Below are positions 25,413-30,193 of a DNA stretch of 30,193 bases, piece by piece. Made by a program: the position numbers and the translations under genes. The notes below the pieces were generated by a model that saw only the letters and a program-made list of their open reading frames with translations, did not search any database and had not been told where the DNA came from. The DNA comes from Salpingoeca rosetta (Eukaryota; Protista; Choanoflagellata): contig JAWQFM010000015.1 of assembly GCA_033442325.1 (NCBI GenBank), forward strand, positions 1,500,950 to 1,531,142, read 5' to 3'. Position 1 is the first letter of the stretch; each line of letters opens with the position of its first letter.

Positions 25413-28400
25413 ATGGCCCTGCCCTCGTCGATCCTCTCGCTCTCGCCAAAGAAGACAAGAGCAGCACGAGCTGCTGTTGCCTGTGCATGGCTGCACCTGT
25501 TGCTCTTGGCGTTGGTGCCGGTGCTGACATGTGGTGTGCGGGCGCAAGGAAGCGTCACCCCCAAGGTTGACACAGCAATACCGACGCCACCAAGGCACCC
25601 TTTTGCTGAGACTAATGTACTGTGCTTGCCGGAGTCCCTGAATCCGGATTCGATCGCATCATCTGCTGCGTCAATCTTGCACGTTGGCTGTTCTGCGCAC
25701 AGCACGCTGTGCCGCGAGGCCAAGGCTGAGCTGCGGCAACTGCTGCAACTCGTTCACGGTGCACCCCACGTTCACAACACGACTGACGTCGACGACAAGA
25801 GCGACAACAGGACGGGCGACGGGGCGTCTGACCCACCCCAACCGCAAGCAACTGCCACCGCGCTGCAACGTGCACTCACCTTCTTCTGTGACAGCGGCAG
25901 TGGAGGAGTTGACTCAGATGAGCTTCATCCTGTCAAGGAACAGCAAGCGCACCAAGCAACGCCACTTGCTGCAGACGTGCCAACGCCAAGAACGCCAAGC
26001 AACGGTGACTTCTTCGGTGAATCCGCAGCAGATCCTCCGCTGTCACGACCACCACCTGGCGTCCAGAAACACCAGCGATCAGCTGCTCCGCGTGGACAGT
26101 CGCGGTCCAGGACCCGCCGGAACGAGATCAACTTCGATGCAGCGCACGCCGTGTGCACGTTGTCCAGTCTGCTTTTCCTCAACTGCACCTCGCCTCCCAC
26201 TGCTGTTCCCACGAGTACGTTGGAAGTGATTGTGGATGCTGATGAAGAGCTGGGCGCCCTCACCACGCAGCCTGACCCCGACTTCAACACCACCATCGCC
26301 GCAGAATACGTGCGGCAACAGACGGCAGCCTGGGAGCCACAGCGCCTTTTTGTCAGTGGGGCGGTGTACTTGGAGGATTTGGTGTGGCTGCTCAACAGCG
26401 GCACGTGGGACATCATGGCCAACCTCAGGCTTACAGGGCTTCACAGGCCCACACTGTGTCTCAACATCTTCAACCCTTTGGCACGCGTTCGCGACATTCG
26501 CATCTCGGACGGCCATGTCATTCGTCTCGCGCAACGCTGCAGCGACGATGAGCCAACATTCCAACCACTTCTTAAACAGCTTCGGGTGCACCGAATGGGC
26601 ATCCGTGAGATTGAAGACGGCACATTCCGCGATCTGGGTGCCTTGAACACAGTCGACTTGCAAGGCAACCAGCTGACCACGCTCACGGCTAGCACTCTGC
26701 TTGGGCTGAGGCACGTGGATACCCTCACGCTGCGCGACAACCACATCGGTGTCATTGAGGACGGTGCGTTTGCTGGTATGACCCAGCTGAGAATCCTGAA
26801 CTTGATTGAGAATGATCTGACCAAACTGGCGGAGCAAACATTCTCGCCGCTGAGCACGCTGCATTCGTTGCACCTGGGCAGCAACCCAATCGACACCTTG
26901 CCGCCACGTGTGTTTTCATCCCAGACGCGGCTAAAGATTCTTGCGATGAACAACTGCAACCTTCAACGCCTGCCGCCCGCCTTGTTCCAGAACACAACGG
27001 TGCTGAGAGAGGTGCGCTTCGACAACAATCAGCTCAGTCAGGTTCCAAACAGCCTCTTCCATCCGCTGCGGCAGCTGGCGAGATTGGAGCTGAACCACAA
27101 CCGCCTGGCGCGCGTTGACGCCCTTTGGGCGGGAACACTTGAGACGCTGCTGCGGCTTCAGCTGGACAGCAATGCTCTTACGGTCATTGACCCGTCACTC
27201 GTGCCATCTGCACCGAGGTTGACCATTTTAAGCCTCCACCACAACGCGTTGGATTCATCCGTCCTGCTCTCGCTGCGCGACCATGCGCAGCTGACCAGTG
27301 TCGTTGTGAGCTTCAACCGCATCACCACTATACCTGCAGGCGCGTTGCGCAACATGACGCGGCTGGTGCACCTGTCGCTGACCGACAACTTCCTCACTGC
27401 GTTTCCGCCTCGAGAGCTGCCGTCCCTTCTGTCCCTTCACCTCAGGAACAATCCCCTCACAGCCCAGCCAGATGTGTCTGGGTATCCACAGCTTGACGAA
27501 GTGGCACTCACCAACCACCGCATTCCACATCTGGATGTGACGCCGCTCTTGCGGCTGACGCTGCTGCACAGGCTGGAGATTGCGGCGGCCAGCGACGTAC
27601 CCTTCGCTTCAGTTGCGTTGAGTGATTTGGGCAGTCTGCCGGGCTTGAAGCAGCTCGTCGCTGTGGACATGAGGAACATGGACGTGACGCCTTTGCTCGG
27701 CCTGGTGCAGACTGCTACTGCAGGCACACTTGCGTTTCGCGAGCTTTCCCTTGGCTGGAGTGGCATGGACGAAGTCTCCTTTCCCTTGGAGGACATTTGC
27801 GCCCTCCTTCACGACAATGTCATCCGCTTTGAGCTGTCCAACACGGCATTCACGCACGTGCGCCTGTGCGATGGCGTGGCCTACGACGCCGTCTTCCTCC
27901 AAGACAACCTGCAGCTGCAGAGCGTGAGCAGTGTCGGCGGTGTGCAGCAGCTCAACGTGTCCGGGTGTCCACATCTGCAGCAGCTGCAGGTGCCGTCAGC
28001 AGAGGTGCTGGACATCAGTGGCACACGGGTGCCGCTGTTCCGTGGACTGTGCACGTCGCTTGGAACACGCACGGTTGTTGCACGCAACTGGCAGACTGGG
28101 GACTTGACAAACACAGCACGCTTGCGGCAGCTGCTATCCCAGTGCTTGGCGTTTGGGGGTGTGGATGTGCTGGACCTGAGCGACAATGCGCAGCTCAATC
28201 GACCCAGCGTCGTGAACAGTGTGCTGTCGGAGGTCGTTGTGTTGGGAGCAGAAGGCCTACACTTGACTCACGACTTTGCATTTGTTCCTGGGCGACCGAG
28301 CATTGGGCTTCTGCAGTTGGCCGACAACCCCATCACGTGCCAGCTGCAGTTTGTCAATGTGCAAACACGCATTGCGCTCCAAATCCGCCATTTCCGGTCC

Positions 28401-29128
28401 CAAGAGCTGGGCTACTTCTACACGTGCCAGTGTGCGCAAGGGTACGAGCATCGCGGTGGCCACTGTCGTGTGATCGAGCGTGACAACACAGCAGCGGTGC
28501 TGGGCACGCTGGCGGGCTTGTTGGCGTTCCAGGGCATCCTGTTCGCCGCGTACCGCACATACACACGACAGCGACGCCTGCAGGCGGACAACGCGCTGAA
28601 GGAGCAGCTGCTGGTGGAGCGAGACGCGGAGGTGATGGCACTGAAGAAGGTGTGGGAGATCGAGTACGATGAGCTGAGGATGATCAAACGGGTTGCTGCG
28701 GGTGCGTTTGGCGTGGTATTCAAGGCACAATGGGACACGGTGACGGTGGCAGTGAAGGTGCTGCAGCAAGGGGTGATGATGTTTGACGAGAGCACGGTGG
28801 TTGAGTTTGAGAAGGAGGTGGAGTTCTTGCAGCGGACACGGCATCCACACGTGGTGCGGTTCTTTGGGGCGGGCACCGATCCCAACGGCAGCCCATTCCT
28901 TGTGCTGGAGTTTGTGGCGATGGGGTCGCTCAAGGACTTGTTGGGCAAGGACATGGCGCGGGTATTGCAGGAGGTTGCAGAGAGGAACAATGATGATGAT
29001 GCTGAAGGAGAAGAGAGGGAGGAGAAGGCAGAAGGGATGGCGGGGGTGTGGGAGCTGAAGCTGCGGCTGTTGCGCGATGTTGCGAGTGGGATGGCCTTTA
29101 TCCACAGTTTGGATCAAGTGCACAGGTA

Positions 29129-29162
<34 letters not shown>

Positions 29163-29837
29163 TGTGTATATATATATATATATGTGTGTGCGTGTGTGTG
29201 TGTAGTTGGGGGGGGGGAACGGTTGTGGCGGCGTTGTGGCGTTGGTCATTGTTGTGTAACTGCGGGTCGTCACCATCACTGAACACACACACACACATTC
29301 ACACACATTCGTAATCAACCCAAAGCTTGTGCACCGCGGAGGTGATGCACTGAAGGATGTGTGGGAGATCGAGTACGATGAGCTGAGGATGATCAAACGG
29401 GTTGCTGCGGGTGCGTTTGGCGTGGTATTCACGGCACAATGGGACACGGTGACGGTGGCAGTGAAGGTGCTGCAGCAAGGGGTGATGATGTTTGACGAGA
29501 GCACGGTGGTTGAGTTTGAGAAGGAGGTGGAGTTCTTGCAGCGGACACGGCATCCACACGTGGTGCGGTTCTTTGGGGCGGGCACCGATCCCAACGGCAG
29601 CCCATTCCTTGTGCTGGAGTTTGTGGCGATGGGGTCGCTCAAGGACTTGTTGGGCAAGGACATGGCGCGGGTATTGCAGGAGGTTGCAGAGAGGAACAAT
29701 GATGATGATGCTGAAGGAGAAGAGAGGGAGGAGAAGGCAGAAGGGATGGCGGGGGTGTGGGAGCTGAAGCTGCGGCTGTTGCGCGATGTTGCGAGTGGGA
29801 TGGCCTTTATCCACAGTTTGGATCAAGTGCACAGGTA

Positions 29838-29871
<34 letters not shown>

Positions 29872-30193
29872 TGTGTATATATATATATATATGTGTGTGC
29901 GTGTGTGTGTGTAGTTGGGGGGGGGAACGGGTTGTGGCGGCGTTGTGGCGTTGGTCATTGTTGTGTAACTGCGGGTCGTCACCATCACTGAACACACACA
30001 CACACATTCACACACATTCGTAAACACACACACACACACATTCGTAAACACACACACACACATTCACACACACATGCATGCACTGCAGGGATCTGAAGAG
30101 CGGCAATGTGCTGGTGTCATCGCGACTGCGTGCCAAGATCACGGATTTCGGATCCATTCGCCAGTGCCTCGCGGGTGGCACCGCAAACGTGCC
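25413..30193 (+). CDS. LRR receptor-like Ser/Thr (TKL) kinase, 3'-truncated by window end
   Basis: Exon 1 (25413-29125) encodes a hydrophobic signal (WLHLLLLALVPVLTCGVRA), many LxxLxLxxNxL repeats (~26570-27560, degenerate to ~28340), an EGF-like CQCAQGYEHRGGHC, a TM helix AAVLGTLAGLLAFQGILFAAY (28491-28553), WEIEYDEL, AAGAFGVV, VAVK and HPHVVRFFG. The exon starting at 30089 completes HR|DLKSGNVLV...KITDFG. Confidence 0.93.
28625..30023 (+). repeat. Near-identical tandem duplication of kinase N-lobe plus intron start (28625-29314 vs 29335-30023)
   Basis: Copies are offset by 709 nt and share even the (GT)n/(TA)n tracts. The few differences cluster at the start of copy 2, plus AAG>ACG (K>T) at ~29432. 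Confidence 0.95.

Noticed and set aside
29126-29282. ORF-track C-terminus of the 1289-aa protein (YVCVCV...RHHH)
   Set aside because: Intron read-through; the coding sequence continues at 30089 with DLKSGN.
28257-29699. 480-aa minus-strand ORF
   Set aside because: Antisense shadow of the kinase exon and its duplicate.

Overview
Eukaryotic, intron-rich draft-assembly window with five N gaps and (CA)n/(GT)n microsatellites in most introns. The gene content and intron style suggest a choanoflagellate such as Salpingoeca rosetta (inference, not verified). From left to right: (1) the 3' end of a TPR-repeat protein with a C-terminal PH domain; (2) an ~8 kb cluster of frameshifted gene fragments, comprising a minus-strand chain (WSC+GH3 beta-xylosidase-like, furin/TNFR-like Cys-rich ectodomain, FANCD2 internal fragment, unidentified coding remnant) and a plus-strand exostosin (GT47) remnant; (3) ~9 kb of low-complexity DNA with no recognisable gene; (4) the intact spliced 3' half of an SLC26/SulP anion transporter with a STAS domain; (5) the convergent 3' end of a TIM50-like FCP/SCP-domain gene; (6) the C-lobe of a TKL kinase, followed by a large LRR receptor-like Ser/Thr (TKL) kinase whose ectodomain, TM helix and N-lobe lie in one 3.7 kb exon, with a 709-bp-offset tandem duplication that is probably an assembly artefact. 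All family assignments come from motif recognition by eye; no database search was run.
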